DNA from: Octopus sinensis
Lineage: Eukaryota
Direction: 5' to 3'
Assembly: GCF_006345805.1 (NCBI RefSeq)
Contig: NC_043005.1
Location: 17,918,001 to 17,982,000, forward strand
Length of the DNA: 64,000 nucleotides
Shown here: in pieces, positions 27,072 to 39,535 of the stretch
Layout: the number at the start of each line of letters is the position of its first letter
Numbering within the stretch: the stretch's first letter is position 1
The notes under the pieces: model-generated
The model's input: the letters and a program-made list of their open reading frames with translations, nothing else
Databases searched by the model: none
What the model was told of the DNA's origin: nothing
Made by a program: the position numbers and the translations under genes

Positions 27072-27252
27072 CATACATATATATATATGACGGGCTTCTT
27101 TCAGTTCCAGTATACCAAATCCACTCAAGGCTTTCGTCATCAGCCCGAAGCTTTAGTAGGCGACACTTGTACAAGGTGCCACGCAGTGGGGCTGGACCTG
27201 GAACCATGTGGTTGAGAAGCAAGCATCTTACTACACAGCCACACCTGCACCT
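26818..27252 (-). mobile_element. SINE-B full-length copy, tail-to-tail with the previous copy
   Basis: Reverse complement of the same consensus, with a spacer of about 90 bp. Confidence 0.9.
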
Positions 27253-27299
27253 ATATGCATATGCCTTTTGTATGCATGTATATGATTTTTATTGCTTTA

Positions 27300-28088
27300 G
27301 TTTTAAGTTCTTCTTGAGAGAGTTCAAGCCGGTCGCTAACAAAGCGGCAAGACTTTCAGAGTTAAGAGACTTCCTAGTGTTTGTAAACATGTTGGTGAGT
27401 TGGTGTGTTTGTTGAATTGTCGATGCATACACCCAAGTGTGTGTATATATTCACAAAAGGGTAATTTTTGGAATGTCTTACAAATTTCTACTGTGCTACT
27501 AATAGATTGAATTTGGAGAATCAGCGTCAATTTTTTTTGCTTTTCCTGCGTAAAACCGATTATTCTCAGGTTCATGTGCAAATTTGTTGGTACATAATCT
27601 AATGCACCTACGATGATGGATACAAATGAGAGTTCATAATCAGGGTACAAGAGCTCTAAACTCCACTTTAATTCACCATAAATTTTCTCTTTTTCCTGGA
27701 CTTTCGATTGTACATTCAGATCCGCTGGGCAGCTGACCTCTACAATAGTGCATGACATTTTATTCTCAGCCCCCCACAACAATAATAAGTCTGTTATGTT
27801 TGTACCAAATTGATGTTTTTTATTGGGCTGTTCCACCAATATTCCTTGATTCTAAAGCTGTGAACACCTGCTGGTTCTGACATGCCTTTGATGTATACGC
27901 CAGAGGCCATTCTTCCTGCGGGTAGCACTGTAAATAGTCTTTGTAACTATATCATGCCTCAGAAGCATGACATAGTTCTATGTATGTATATCCAGTGAGA
28001 GAGCAGTGCATGCCATCAAAGTGACGCTGGGGTAAAATATACTCCAGTATACCCATCATAGCTATCCGTCTCATAAGGGTACACCAGT
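27300..28088 (-). mobile_element. R4/Dong-like LINE 3' fragment with restriction-like endonuclease domain
   Basis: ORF 27336-27839 has DLLLLW..CTIVEVSCPAD..KEKIYGEL..LYPDY..SIIVGAL, a PD-(D/E)xK RLE signature. 5' junction abuts (TATG)n. Confidence 0.8.
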
Positions 28089-28149
28089 ATGTATGTATGT
28101 ATGTATGTATGTATGTATTGTATGTATGTATGTATGTATGTATGTTTTT

Positions 28150-28448
28150 ATGTATGTATACATGTCGGTATATGTGCATATTTGTATGTTTTATTTTATG
28201 TATGTATTCTCATGCGTGTAGTTACATGTCTAAATGATAAATCTCTGGAAAGTTTTACAGATTTTTACAGTTCCATTGATGGATTGGATTTGTAGTCTTC
28301 CTCCTTTCAGGTTTTGAGAAGCCTAATTTCTCAAGATTGGTATTTAGGCAGTATGTTACATATCCCAGAGCCCCAATAATTACAGGTATAAACCTGAACT
28401 TGTAATCGGGATAAAATAGCAGTACATTCCTCAGTAGTTCCTCAATAT
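28150..28448 (-). mobile_element. R4/Dong-like LINE short 3' fragment
   Basis: FYPDYKFRFIPVIIGALGYV plus 3' UTR, with (TATG)n on both sides. Confidence 0.8.
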
Positions 28449-28978
28449 TATGTATGTTTGTATGTATATATGCACACATGAATGCATGCATGCATGCATG
28501 TATGTATGTATGTATGTATGTATGTATGTATGTATGTATGTATGTATGTATGTATGTAGGGATGGATGGATGGATGGATGGATGGATGGATGCATGTATG
28601 TATGCATGTATGTACGTGTATATATGTATGTATGCGTTTTTGTATGTATGCATGTCTGCAAGTATGTATATATATGTAAGTATACATACTTGTATGCATG
28701 TATAATTGTGTGCGTGTGTGTGTTCATGCCTATATGTACATATGTATGAATGTATGTAATCATTATGTCTCTGCTAGGCGTAAGAATTCTATGAGCTGTA
28801 CATCGAAAGAAAAAAAATCTGTTTCGTCTCAGATTTTTCAGAAAAAAAAATTTAATAAAAGATTTGCTTAATTATGCATGGTAGTATCAAGGGTATGTCT
28901 TTCAAACTATATTCATAAAAAATATTAAATGAAAGGATATATAAATTATGATCAGAAACGTTTGAAATTTATATTATA

Positions 28979-29383
28979 CAAGCAGTATCGGCCGGCGTTG
29001 CTCGGGTTTGTAAGGGAAATAACTATATAAGCATTTTTAGAGATGTAAAGTATAATAGCCATATCAATATAGCTAACCACAAAGGTGGGGTGTGTGTGTG
29101 TGTTACTGTAGCTTTTTACGTTCTGAGATTTAATAATAAATTTTTAGAGAGTTACTTCCCTTATATATGCCAAAAATGCATAAAAAATGGGAAAAATTTA
29201 TGGTAAATTTTTTTTAAATCGTAGACTCATCGTAGACGCGCGCTAATACCCAGAAGCGCTCGATATGAATCACGACTATGAGATACCCGGTTTTGGTCAA
29301 ACTGCACCGCAAAATGTGGGAGTAGTTAGGAATCTAAATCGTAGGAGACAGACAGCACACAACCTCACTTTTATATATAAAGA
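28979..29383 (-). mobile_element. Non-autonomous Helitron with a ~100-bp secondary insertion
   Basis: A|TCTTTATATATAAAA 5' end and gcaacgccggccgatactgCTTG|T 3' end. Homologous to 17099-17602. The extra segment is flanked by a tttttagaga duplication. Confidence 0.8.
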
Positions 29384-29417
29384 TTATATATAAGTATATT
29401 TTGAATATTGCAATATA

Positions 29418-29633
29418 TTAGGGCGGTGCATAATCATTGCGGCTTATTTTCCACAAATTTTATTCAACAAAAAGGTCTCACTGTCTGCCAAGCAAATGGG
29501 AAGCAGTAATTGAAGTCGATGGTGAATATGCTCCGGAATAATCATTTAAAGATGTTTTTGTTACATTTTGTTATTGTTTTTGTTGAATAAAATTTGTTCG
29601 AAAAAATACCGCAATGATTATGCACAAGCCCAA
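29418..29633. mobile_element. Mariner-type MITE
   Basis: Imperfect TIRs ttagggcggtgcataatcattgcgg / ccgcaatgattatgcacaagcccaa with TA duplication at both ends. Confidence 0.8.
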
Positions 29634-30389
29634 TATTTCACATGGGAAGCGACAGGTATTAATCATAGCAAATTTATGCAGAAAACGTACATTGAATATA
29701 ACTTCAATGTTGTGATTTACACCTGTGTCTCTGTAACAGTTATATGTTCAGGATATTATATAATGATATGTATATGTGAATGGAATGCATGCTATATTGA
29801 TTATTGACAAAATATACTACACATTTTTAAAAAATGAACTGTATGTAATGTGTTGTAGCATGTCTAGGCATTCGTTATTTATTAGTTTCAGCTTATTTCT
29901 TTTAAAGCGCCGTCATTTTTGACGTTACCGATATACTAGTATGTGTGTGTATGAGTGTACATACATACATAGACACACACACGCACACACACACACACAC
30001 ACACGCACACATATACACACACACACATATATATATATAAATAACCTGGAGTGAACGTTTAACAATTTTATATCCTCTCACGTCGATTTTATTACGAACT
30101 GATCCGTTGCCGATCGCTACGAAATATTCTATAACAACACGTCGCTATGACGACTTCATTCAGAAGATGAGAACAACAGGGTTTAGTTAGGTTAATGGAC
30201 TTAGGAAGATTATTGTTTCAAAAACACAAAGGACTAACATCGAATATATGAAAAATCAATAACGAAAAAGATTAAAGTCGTATACACTTGCGTCTTCAAT
30301 ATAAGCATGTTCGAAAGAAAATTGTTCTCTGTTTGCAAAAATATACATACATACCTACACACACACACACACACATATATATACACACA

Positions 30390-30405
30390 CTCATTATATT
30401 ACATT

Positions 30406-30438
<33 letters not shown>

Positions 30439-30467
30439 GTGTGTACACATATATATACATATATATA

Positions 30468-30559
<92 letters not shown>

Positions 30560-30994
30560 GTATATATATATATATGTATATATATGTGTACACACATTAT
30601 ATATATATATACATATTTGTTGGCATATGAATATTTTATTAGTATATCAATATGCACATATATGAGTATATGTGTGTGAGGAGAGACAGGGAGAGAGAGA
30701 GAGAGAGAGAGGGATGATAAAATTACACATTTATCGGAAATATGGGCATGTGTGTTTGTACTCAAAAAGATACAGGGAGGAAGGGAGGATGAAAAGTGAG
30801 AGAAATAGCTAGAAAGATGAAAATAGACAGAGTGATATAAATAGATAGGTAGATAGAGAGAGATAAATAGATAGATAGAGAGAGAAAGAGAGAGAGAGAG
30901 CGAGAGAGAGAGAGAGCGAGAGCGAGAGAGCGAGAGAGCGAGAGAGCGAGAGAGAGAGCGAGAGAGAGAGAGAGAGAGAGCGAGAGAGCGAGAG

Positions 30995-31086
<92 letters not shown>

Positions 31087-31090
31087 CGCG
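30390..31090. repeat. (TA)n and (GA)n/(GAGC)n microsatellite cluster
   Basis: Direct reading of the sequence. Confidence 0.95.
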
Positions 31091-31202
31091 AGCAAACATA
31101 CTTGTCGGTGGCATTATGCCGAATATGTCTTTATCCGATTGTTTTTGTAAAAATTATTTACAAAGATACACGAACACACACACACACACACACACATACA
31201 CA

Positions 31203-31233
<31 letters not shown>

Positions 31234-31534
31234 CCACACACACACACAGACACAGACACACACACACACGGTAAACAGTTGGATCTGAGGAAACTTATGG
31301 TGGTCGGTGTTATCAGATACACTACACACACACACACATACACTCACATACACTCATACCACATCAATATATTCTATTATTACTGATAAATACGAACTAT
31401 ACAACAAAACTTGTGGATAATAAGTCAATAAGTAATCTCGGTTAGTCTTGTTTTGTATCTTAAATCATAAACACTCTGCAGAAACAGAATTTTTTTGGAT
31501 TGGCATTAGCTAGTTAATTAAAATATTCCAACGC

Positions 31535-32072
31535 GTAGGAATGGCTGTGTGGTAAGTAGCTTGCTTACCAGCCATATGGTTCCGGGTTCAGTCCCACTGC
31601 GTGGCACTTTAGGCAAGTGTCTTCTACTATAGTCTACAGCAGTTACAAATGACAGAAGAATGTTAAACAAATAATAAATATACAGTAATCTCTCGCCATA
31701 TCGTGGTTCACCTATCGCGGTTCACTTATCGCGGTTTGTTATTTAAGCTTACGTTGATTCTTCAGTGGTGTTGTTTTGCATTTATAAAATAAATATAGGC
31801 GCAGGAGTGGCTGTGTGGTAAGTAGCTTGCTTACCAACAACATGGTTTCGGGTTCGTTCCACCGCGTAGCACCTTGGGCAAGTGTCTGCTCCTATAGCCT
31901 CGGGCCGACCAAAGCCTTGTGAGTGGATTTGGTAGACGAAACTGAAAGAAGCTCGTCGTATATATGTATGTGTGTGTATATGTTTGTGTGTCTATGTTTG
32001 TCCCCCTAACTTCGCTTGACAACCAATGCTGGTGTGTTTACGTCCCCGTAACTTAGCGGTTCGGCAAAAGAT
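31535..32072 (+). mobile_element. Two SINE-B pieces (31535-31635 head only; 31798-32072 3'-truncated)
   Basis: Match to the SINE-B consensus. Confidence 0.85.
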
Positions 32073-32744
32073 TGCTACTCATAGTGAGAAATGTTCTTTT
32101 GAGAAAAACGCGGAAAACGCTGGAAATGCTTGATATCACAACAATGCCCAACTACACAAGGATAATATCCACATTTTAGCAAAATATTTGCAGTTTTGCA
32201 CAGTCTAATAACGTCCAGAGGTATATCCTTCGTTATTTTTCTGAGATTTTGCTACCTGAAATCTGAGGTATTAGTCTTGCCTTAAGCAGACATTAGACAT
32301 CTGTACTCATAGATAGAATGCAATAGCGTTGTAGGTTAATTCTTATGCAGGATAAAATGAAGTCGTTACTACTCAGCAAAAGCTAGGTTCATATTTAATA
32401 AACTCTAAAACGATAGAAGACAAAATGGGGTTGGTGGGGGGACTTAAATGCAAATCGTAGAGATAACGAAGCAAGATACTCTCAGAGTCTTGTCTAATTA
32501 CTGCTTCACCCTAGGTCAACCATTATTGCGTAGACAATGATCAAAACTGTTCCAGCCGTGGCCATTGTTTTTTATTTCCAAACATATTATTTTATCCAAG
32601 ATGATATTTCTGTTTTAAGTGAGAAGCGCATCACTTGTACAGTATTTTAGCTGCTATTTCTGTCAGGTTAAACGATCACGTTCATTTAGATGTTTTAAAA
32701 AGATTAAGAAGTTTGGTCCGGATTTTAGTATTCTATGCACTGAC

Positions 32745-32814
32745 GCTCTATGCAAGGGATAATCTTCTCTGTCATCTGCTTCAAACCAACCACAACGAAC
32801 AAGACTTTTGATGT
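32745..32814 (-). CDS. Candidate alternative exon (phase 1): (D)IKSLVRCGWFEADDREDYPLHRA
   Basis: Acceptor ctttatag with a weak pyrimidine tract and a non-optimal donor gtcagt. Phase-compatible with exon 35838-35975. If no donor is used, the frame ends at a stop 17 codons later. Confidence 0.35.
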
Positions 32815-34834
32815 CTATAAAGCGATTTAACTTATTTCTTTTTGTCTAACTGAAGCCATCATTCCATTTTCTTTAATCCAGTTATTAGAAACAAAGGCAG
32901 GTAAATTGTTTGACCACCCGCTTCGTTAGTATATAGAAAATCAAAATAATCAAAATAGAAATATTCACTTCTGCTTACACTACTCTTAAGACAAGCTTAA
33001 CTCAGTAAGATTTGGCATTAAAACATATTAACCTCCCTCTGCTATTTCTGTACACTCTTGTCAATAATATTTGATATATTTCGGAGCCATAGTTTACTCC
33101 GATCCACGTAAGATGCTCTTTTATTATAGGATATATTTAGGGCAGGAACAGAAAGCAATGATCCTGTTGAGACTACAATTTGCTATGTAATTGGTCAGAC
33201 GCCAAATCGTTGCTAGCTATATTTTAGAATAAGTTCTGTAAGTGTGTGGTGCATGACTGCCAAATGTAATTGATTTTTTCTTCCAAGGTTGAAGGATGCT
33301 GTATTATTGTGAGGTCAAATAAGGTTAAGTTCTTTTATAGGAATATATTATTGATTTAGCAGCAAAGAGTTCTCAAAATATTAAATTTAATTGCATATAT
33401 TACTATGACGGCCTGGAAAGTGTAGACATGTCTGTGTGGTTAAGAAGTTCGCTTTGTAATCACGTGATTCTGATTTCGATTTCTTTAAACAAACCCTTGA
33501 GGCAATTGTCTTCCACTATAGTATCGGATTGACCAATAATTTGTGAAAAGAATATGACACAGAAACTGGAAGGATGTCCCTCGTGTGTGTATATCGTTGG
33601 CGATTATATAGCAGCGTCGAGAACATCGAATAAAAACCAGAAAACCTGTGCTATACAATCGAATTTTTTAGATATTTATTTACAAGTTAAAGACATTCTC
33701 TTGGCATTTCCTCTACCAGAAACCCTGTGAAACTTGTGAATAGACTGACGCACTGGAAACATGTGACCAACGATGCGGTGGTTGACACTTTGTTATATTT
33801 TAAATAACATATACATCGAAGGTGGATTACATTTCAAACTGAAGAAGCAATAACAACAACAACAACAATAATGGTTTCATATTTTGGCACAATGCCAGTA
33901 ATTTCGTGGGGAGGGGAAAGTCAACCCCAGTGAAAGAAATTGAAATGGTATGTCTCGTAGAGCTTCTACAGAAAATTTGCTCCTTAGGAATAAGAAAGAT
34001 TATCGGAAGGGTTTTGAGTCCTTGCAAAATTATTGCAAGTTTATGGATATCTAAGGTTACAATAAATAACTCATTATCGACATAAATTCTACCAAGAATA
34101 AGACAAAACCTGAGTTAAGTCGAATATGAATAATAATAATGATGATGATGATGATGACAATGACGATGATAAGGATTTATTTTATCAGCCACATATGTAC
34201 AGATAATGGTAAATCAGAAGAGCAGCCAACTATTTGTGTGGGGGTTTACATAAAAGATGAAGGTAAAGAAATGGAAAAGATAGTGAAATGTGATAATGAC
34301 AATATTTTTTAACAATATGCACACAGCCATAAATTTGAGGGAAGAAGATTTGACTATGTGGACACTCTATTTTATTGACCCCTGAACGATGAAAGAGAAA
34401 GTTAAAATCGGAACGATTTGAACTCTAAACGAAAAGATACGTAACAAATACAGCAAAACAGTTTTTGACTGACACTCTAACAATTCTTCTAACACCAAGA
34501 AGGCGCCATTTTGAGTTGGTGTGACAGTCGATTAAATCGTTCCTTCTAATTCATTGGCGATAAAATAATGATCTGTAAAGAAAACTGGAAGTCTCGTAAC
34601 GAGATGTATAATTGCTAAATGTGCCAAGGAGCAACCCTACCTATCATCCAGTTCTCAAAGGCGCGACCTTTTATGTCACCCAGTAACCAAAGGCACGACC
34701 CATTATGCCTCAATTGTACGATTCCTTATTATACAACGTCAGAGGTAAGACACATTTTGTCATCCAATGTCATGAGTTCTAATAATTCCAGAAGACCATA
34801 AGTTTTAAAGATATGAGTAGAGTACGGTCGGTTA

Positions 34835-35262
34835 AATCGACCCCGATATTTCGCTGGTACTTTATTTAATCGACCCCGATATTTCACTGGTACTTTATTT
34901 AATCGACCCCGATATTTCACTGGTACTTTATCTAATCGACCTTGTTATTTCACTGGTACTTTATTTAATCGACCCCGATATTTCACTGGTACTTTATTTA
35001 ATCGACTCTGTTATTTCACTGCAACTTTATTTAATCGACCCTGTTATTTCACTGCTACTTTATTTAATCGACCTTGTTATTTCACTGGTACTTTATTTAA
35101 TCGACCCCGATATTTCACTGGTACTTTATTTAATCGACCCCGATATTTCACTGGTACTTTATCTAATCGACCCCGATATTTCACTGCTACTTGATTTAAT
35201 CGACCCTGATACTTTATTTAATTGACCTCGATATTTCACTGCTACTTGATTTAATCGACCTA
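34835..35262. repeat. 33-bp minisatellite (12 full units, one 22-bp unit, one partial) derived from the SINE-A core
   Basis: Unit aatcgaccccgatatttcactggtactttattt at 34835, 34868, 34901 ... 35198, 35220, 35253. It runs into a SINE-A remnant. Confidence 0.95.
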
Positions 35263-35837
35263 GTAAAGATGAAAAACAATCACTAAATGCAAAAAATTTT
35301 GAATGTTTGATGTAGGAAGATAAAATCACTGGAAAATGTATGTGTATGGCCTGAACTGATGATTTCAGTTGATGTAGAAAGACCTAAAGTTCATTGATTA
35401 GTCAGAAGAATAAGAGGAGCTTTAGAGACTAGTGGAAAAGGGAGGAGGTAGAAGTTATCCTCAAATCAGATACCTGTCCCGAATAAAGTGGAGTGTATTA
35501 AAGGCACTCGAGGAAAGGCGGTTGTAAATCGGACGACCTTTTCGGTGTTACACTTAAGAACATGTAGTCTATCCGACAGGCTTCTATACAATTTCCATTT
35601 GCGCATGGCTTGGGTCGAACCCAGAACTACAAATTACGAAGAGAACTTCTTGTCTACTAGACCTTGACTGTCATAGATCAGTAACATATCGAGTGGATGA
35701 ATGAAATATTTTCTCTTATAAATTTAAAAATATATCAGGCCAATTAGATCCTTAGAATTCAGTTAATTGTCTGCTATAGGTTCTTTAGTGTGTGTTGCTG
35801 TTGGTGGTAGATAGCGTTAAGATGAACTGATACTTAC

Positions 35838-35975
35838 CAAATTCACTATCGGAACCATCTTCTAGATTTGAGTCTTCGGAATCTTCCGTACTGTGTTCGG
35901 TTTCTGATTTTCTGTCCGTATCTGCATCTTTCTGACACAGTCGTTGATAACCTCGACCTGTTGAACGGCTGTTAT
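35838..35975 (-). CDS. Internal coding exon, 138 bp, phase 1-1: NSRSTGRGYQRLCQKDADTDRKSETEHSTEDSEDSNLEDGSDSEF
   Basis: Acceptor ttcttttttgatatttcag, perfect donor G|gtaagt, open frame and length divisible by 3. Confidence 0.78.
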
Positions 35976-36339
35976 CTGAAATATCAAAAAAGAATACTGA
36001 GATGAATGCATGTAGCCATATGCAAACGGACATAAATGTACAAAGAGACAAACATAGTATTACATAGCAGTACTTAAGGATTTCGTGAAATCAGTTGTAG
36101 GATCGATTCTATCCTCAAGTAGTTGCTAGTTTATACAATTAACCAAAAGTAAAGCTTGGAACTGTTACACAAACATAGACACACATATACACATACACAC
36201 ACATGCATACACACATACATGTCAAATATAAACACATGCACATCAAATACATACACATATACATATACACGTTTCGAGGTAAACATAAAAATGTTAAGCT
36301 TCATGCTTCAAAGTAACATCGGAAAATGCGTACGACGCT

Positions 36340-36560
36340 TTCGCGTTTGTTGACTAAGCATTCTTAACAAGAAGTCATTGTAAAACCGTAAAACAATAAG
36401 GAAACTAGCTGAGAATAATACCATTCTGTAAAGAATTTCATAAAAAGATAATTAGAGAATTGGCAGCAGAAGCTTTATTAACAGTAAAATACAAACCAGA
36501 AAAATAGACAGAAAATTCAGTAATATTGCAAAAAACTAAGAACTGTTGATAATTACTGAA
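36340..36560 (+). mobile_element. Penelope-like GIY-YIG C-terminal remnant
   Basis: Broken frame ..RELAAEALLTVKYKP resembles the C-terminus of PLE endonucleases. Confidence 0.4.
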
Positions 36561-36989
36561 ACTATGTTTGAGCTAATGGTTTGTATGTTACATCTTGCGA
36601 TGCTGATCTTATCGATATCGTTTTCTTTTGATGCCTTATCGATATCACAATAGCTTATCGAGATACACTATACACGATATCTTAACGGTATCGTTTTCCT
36701 TTGATGCCAGGTGTTCACTATAAATGTGGCAGTAAATAAACACTAACAGAAGATAATCCAAGAATCTCTAGAAATATTAATAGGTTTAGGAATGCTACTT
36801 TTCTAAACTGAACCTAAAGAACGAGTGAATAAAGGTTCCAATTGTATCTTCAATATGTATGTATACACGTATGTATGTCATTCTTCAGTTTATTTCAAGA
36901 TTTCTTGCCAATAGAGAAAGAACCGGTTTCTTCATTGGAATTTCAACATCAACAACAGCGTATTATTATATGTATATATGTATGTTATG

Positions 36990-37540
36990 TCAGGTCACTT
37001 TCGAGTGCTACTGGTAACATGTAACCCAGTACAATCTGTTGCATGGTCGGGTCGTCGGCGACTAAACCGGCAACCCCACCAAGCTTGCTTGGTGAGGACG
37101 GTATTTATTGGACACCCTGCGGGATGAAAAACAAAACCCGTCAAAGGGTGGAGGAACTCTTGAGAGTCAACGGCCATCCAATAAATGTCTTAAGGCTGTA
37201 TCATGCGCGGGGACATAGAAATAATCGGACTGAATACCCGATCGCGCGGTTAAACCATTGGGAGTGAAGGACTCCTAGCCTTTGTAAGGGCATCCTTCTA
37301 GGAGAAGGTAACTCGGGTAACTGGGGTAAATCCGACATAAAACCTACGGCTCAGTGGTTACCGATGATGTTGACTTGTTCTTCTTTTCGGATTATGGCTG
37401 CTGTTGCTTAGTGAATGGGATTGACTCAGTGCACAGCCTTTCCTCACTTAAAAAAAATCTTCTTGCACAGGCATTGCACAATAACAACATTGATTAAGCT
37501 TCGTGCAATGGCCATACTCGATAACGAGGGGGCAGCCACA
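36990..37540 (+). mobile_element. Highly structured repeat, probable RTE-clade 5' UTR
   Basis: Chain of perfect hairpins. The motif gggcatccttctaggagaagg..aaacct resembles RTE 5' UTRs as recalled from memory, not searched. Confidence 0.4.
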
Positions 37541-37619
37541 CATGTATGTATGTATGTAAGTATGTATGTATGTATGTATGTATGTATGTATGTATGTATG
37601 TATGTATGTATGTATGTAC

Positions 37620-37955
37620 AGATTTGTATGTTTTATGCATATATTCTTAGTATTTAGTTACATATCTAAACATGCTCATATATATATTTAAATGATAAAC
37701 TTCTGGAAAGTTTTACAGATTTTTACAGATTTTTACGGATTGGATCTGCATACTTTGAATTAGCTTTCTCCTTACTGGTTTTGAGAAGCCTAATTTCTCA
37801 GGATTGGTATTTAGGCAGCGTGTTACATATCCCAGGACCCCAATAATTATAGGTATAAACATGAACTTGTAATCTGGATAGAGTAACTGTAGATTTCTCA
37901 ATAGTTCAGCATAGGTGTTTCTCTTTTTCACTGATCTTCAGCTTTATGTTAACGT
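37620..37955 (-). mobile_element. R4/Dong-like LINE 3' fragment with (CATA)n tail
   Basis: LYPDYKFMFIPIIIGVLGYV..LEKLGFSK, homologous to 28150-28448, with (TATG)n at 37543-37620. Confidence 0.8.
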
Positions 37956-37969
37956 CTGCATTTATATAG

Positions 37970-38799
37970 TGGGTTGGTAGAGTCTGGATGCGACGATGGC
38001 CTGGGGTGGACTCTAGGTCTCGGATTTATTCAACTGGTCAGCCTGTTTCACCGTACATTCGGGTTGAGAACGCTGGACAACTTCCAAAAATCCTTAACCT
38101 TGCAATGCTACAGAGGTGTCTTGCCCGTTTGGGATAAGCTTGCAAGACATGGTAAACGTCAGTCCAAGATGCGGTGGGGGGACAGGGAAACCGTCCCTCA
38201 CGCTAGTGTCCACAGATAACTGAAATGTGGGCTTATGCTGAACACCTGTTGTCCGGCGATGGAAGAGTACAGCTGTCGACTGAGTCAATTATAAAAATTG
38301 ACCCACCGGGAGTTCTAACGAACGAAGGTAAGAATTGTTTTCTCACAGTTGTAGCAATAGCAAAAGAGGAAGTATGGAAGACTAGGATAAAAGGAATTAA
38401 GACAGGCAACTTTATCTCTGTCCACTATTTATGATCATTTTTTTCTTTTCATTTGAAAAGGAAGCTGTGGCTGGAGAAGAGGTGTCTGTCGGAGGGTACG
38501 TTCCAAAAGAGATGGAAGCATGTTGCACGAGTGTTGTGCGTGCAAGGAACCGTGTGAATAGACGGAAAAAAAGAAAAAAAGAAAGGTATCAGCGGTAGAT
38601 CGGGGCTTGTAGGGTCGGAGCGTGGCCTGGTCGTCGCTTCATTTGTGTTGTCCCTGTATTGTTAATTTCATTCGATTTTTTGTATATTGTATTTAAATTT
38701 TTAAAGTCACATTATATGTAAAATCGTATCGCTTCACTGATCCCATCAGTTGTTCTGTCCATTTCTATGTTTGGCCCCCGGTGGGCAATAAAGAAATTG
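37970..38799 (+). mobile_element. Tx1/L1-like LINE 3' end (ORF2 C-terminus plus 3' UTR)
   Basis: FQKSLTLQCYRGVLPVWDKL..ETVPHA..WAYAEHLLS..AIAKEEVWKTRIKG, then a U-rich UTR ending gcccccggtgggcaataaagaaat. Confidence 0.8.
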
Positions 38800-39535
38800 G
38801 TATTTCGTTTGCCGTTACGTTCTGGGTTCAAATCCCGCCGAGGTCGACTTTGCCTTTCATCCTTTCGGGGTCGATAAATTAAGTACCAGTTACGCACTGG
38901 GGTCAATGTAATCGACTTAATCCGATTGTCTGTCCTTGTTTGTCCTCTCTGTGTTTAGCCCCTTGTGGGTAGTAAAGAAATAGGTATTTTGTCTCTTTCC
39001 GTTCTGAGTTCATATTCCGCCGAGGTCGATTTTGCCTTTCGGTGTCGATAAATTAAGTACCAGTTGTGCACCGGGGTAGATCTAATCGACTGGCCTCTTC
39101 CCCAAAAATTTCGGGTCTTGTGCCTAGAGTAGAAAAGAATATTATATTCGTGGGAAAGGGCGGTGAACTGGCAGAATCGTTAGCACGTTGGGGAAAATGC
39201 TTTGCAACATTTCGGCCACTTTTACGTTCCGAGTTCAAATTTCGTTGATGACAACTTTTTTTATCTTTCTGGGATAAAATGAGTACTTGGATGTGGCAGA
39301 TTCGGCGAGCTGGCAGAATCGTTAGCACGCCGAGCGAAATGCTTAGCAGTATATCGTCTGCCGCTACGTTCTGAGTTCAAATTCCGCTGAGGTCGACTTT
39401 GCCTTTCATCCTTTCGGGGTCGATTAAATAAGTACCAGTTACGCACTGGGGTCGATGTAATCGACTTAATTCGTTTGTCTGTCCTTGTTTGTCCTCTCTG
39501 TGTTTAGCCCCTTGTGGGTAGTAAAGAAATAGATT
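38800..39535 (+). mobile_element. Cluster of SINE-A units (38800-39150 two units; 39160-39280 truncated; 39300-39535 full)
   Basis: Repeated SINE-A head and core with alpha or beta tails. Confidence 0.9.

Noticed and set aside
34835-35262. CRISPR-like appearance of the 33-bp array
   Set aside because: Units are contiguous with no unique spacers, the DNA is eukaryotic and the unit is SINE-derived.
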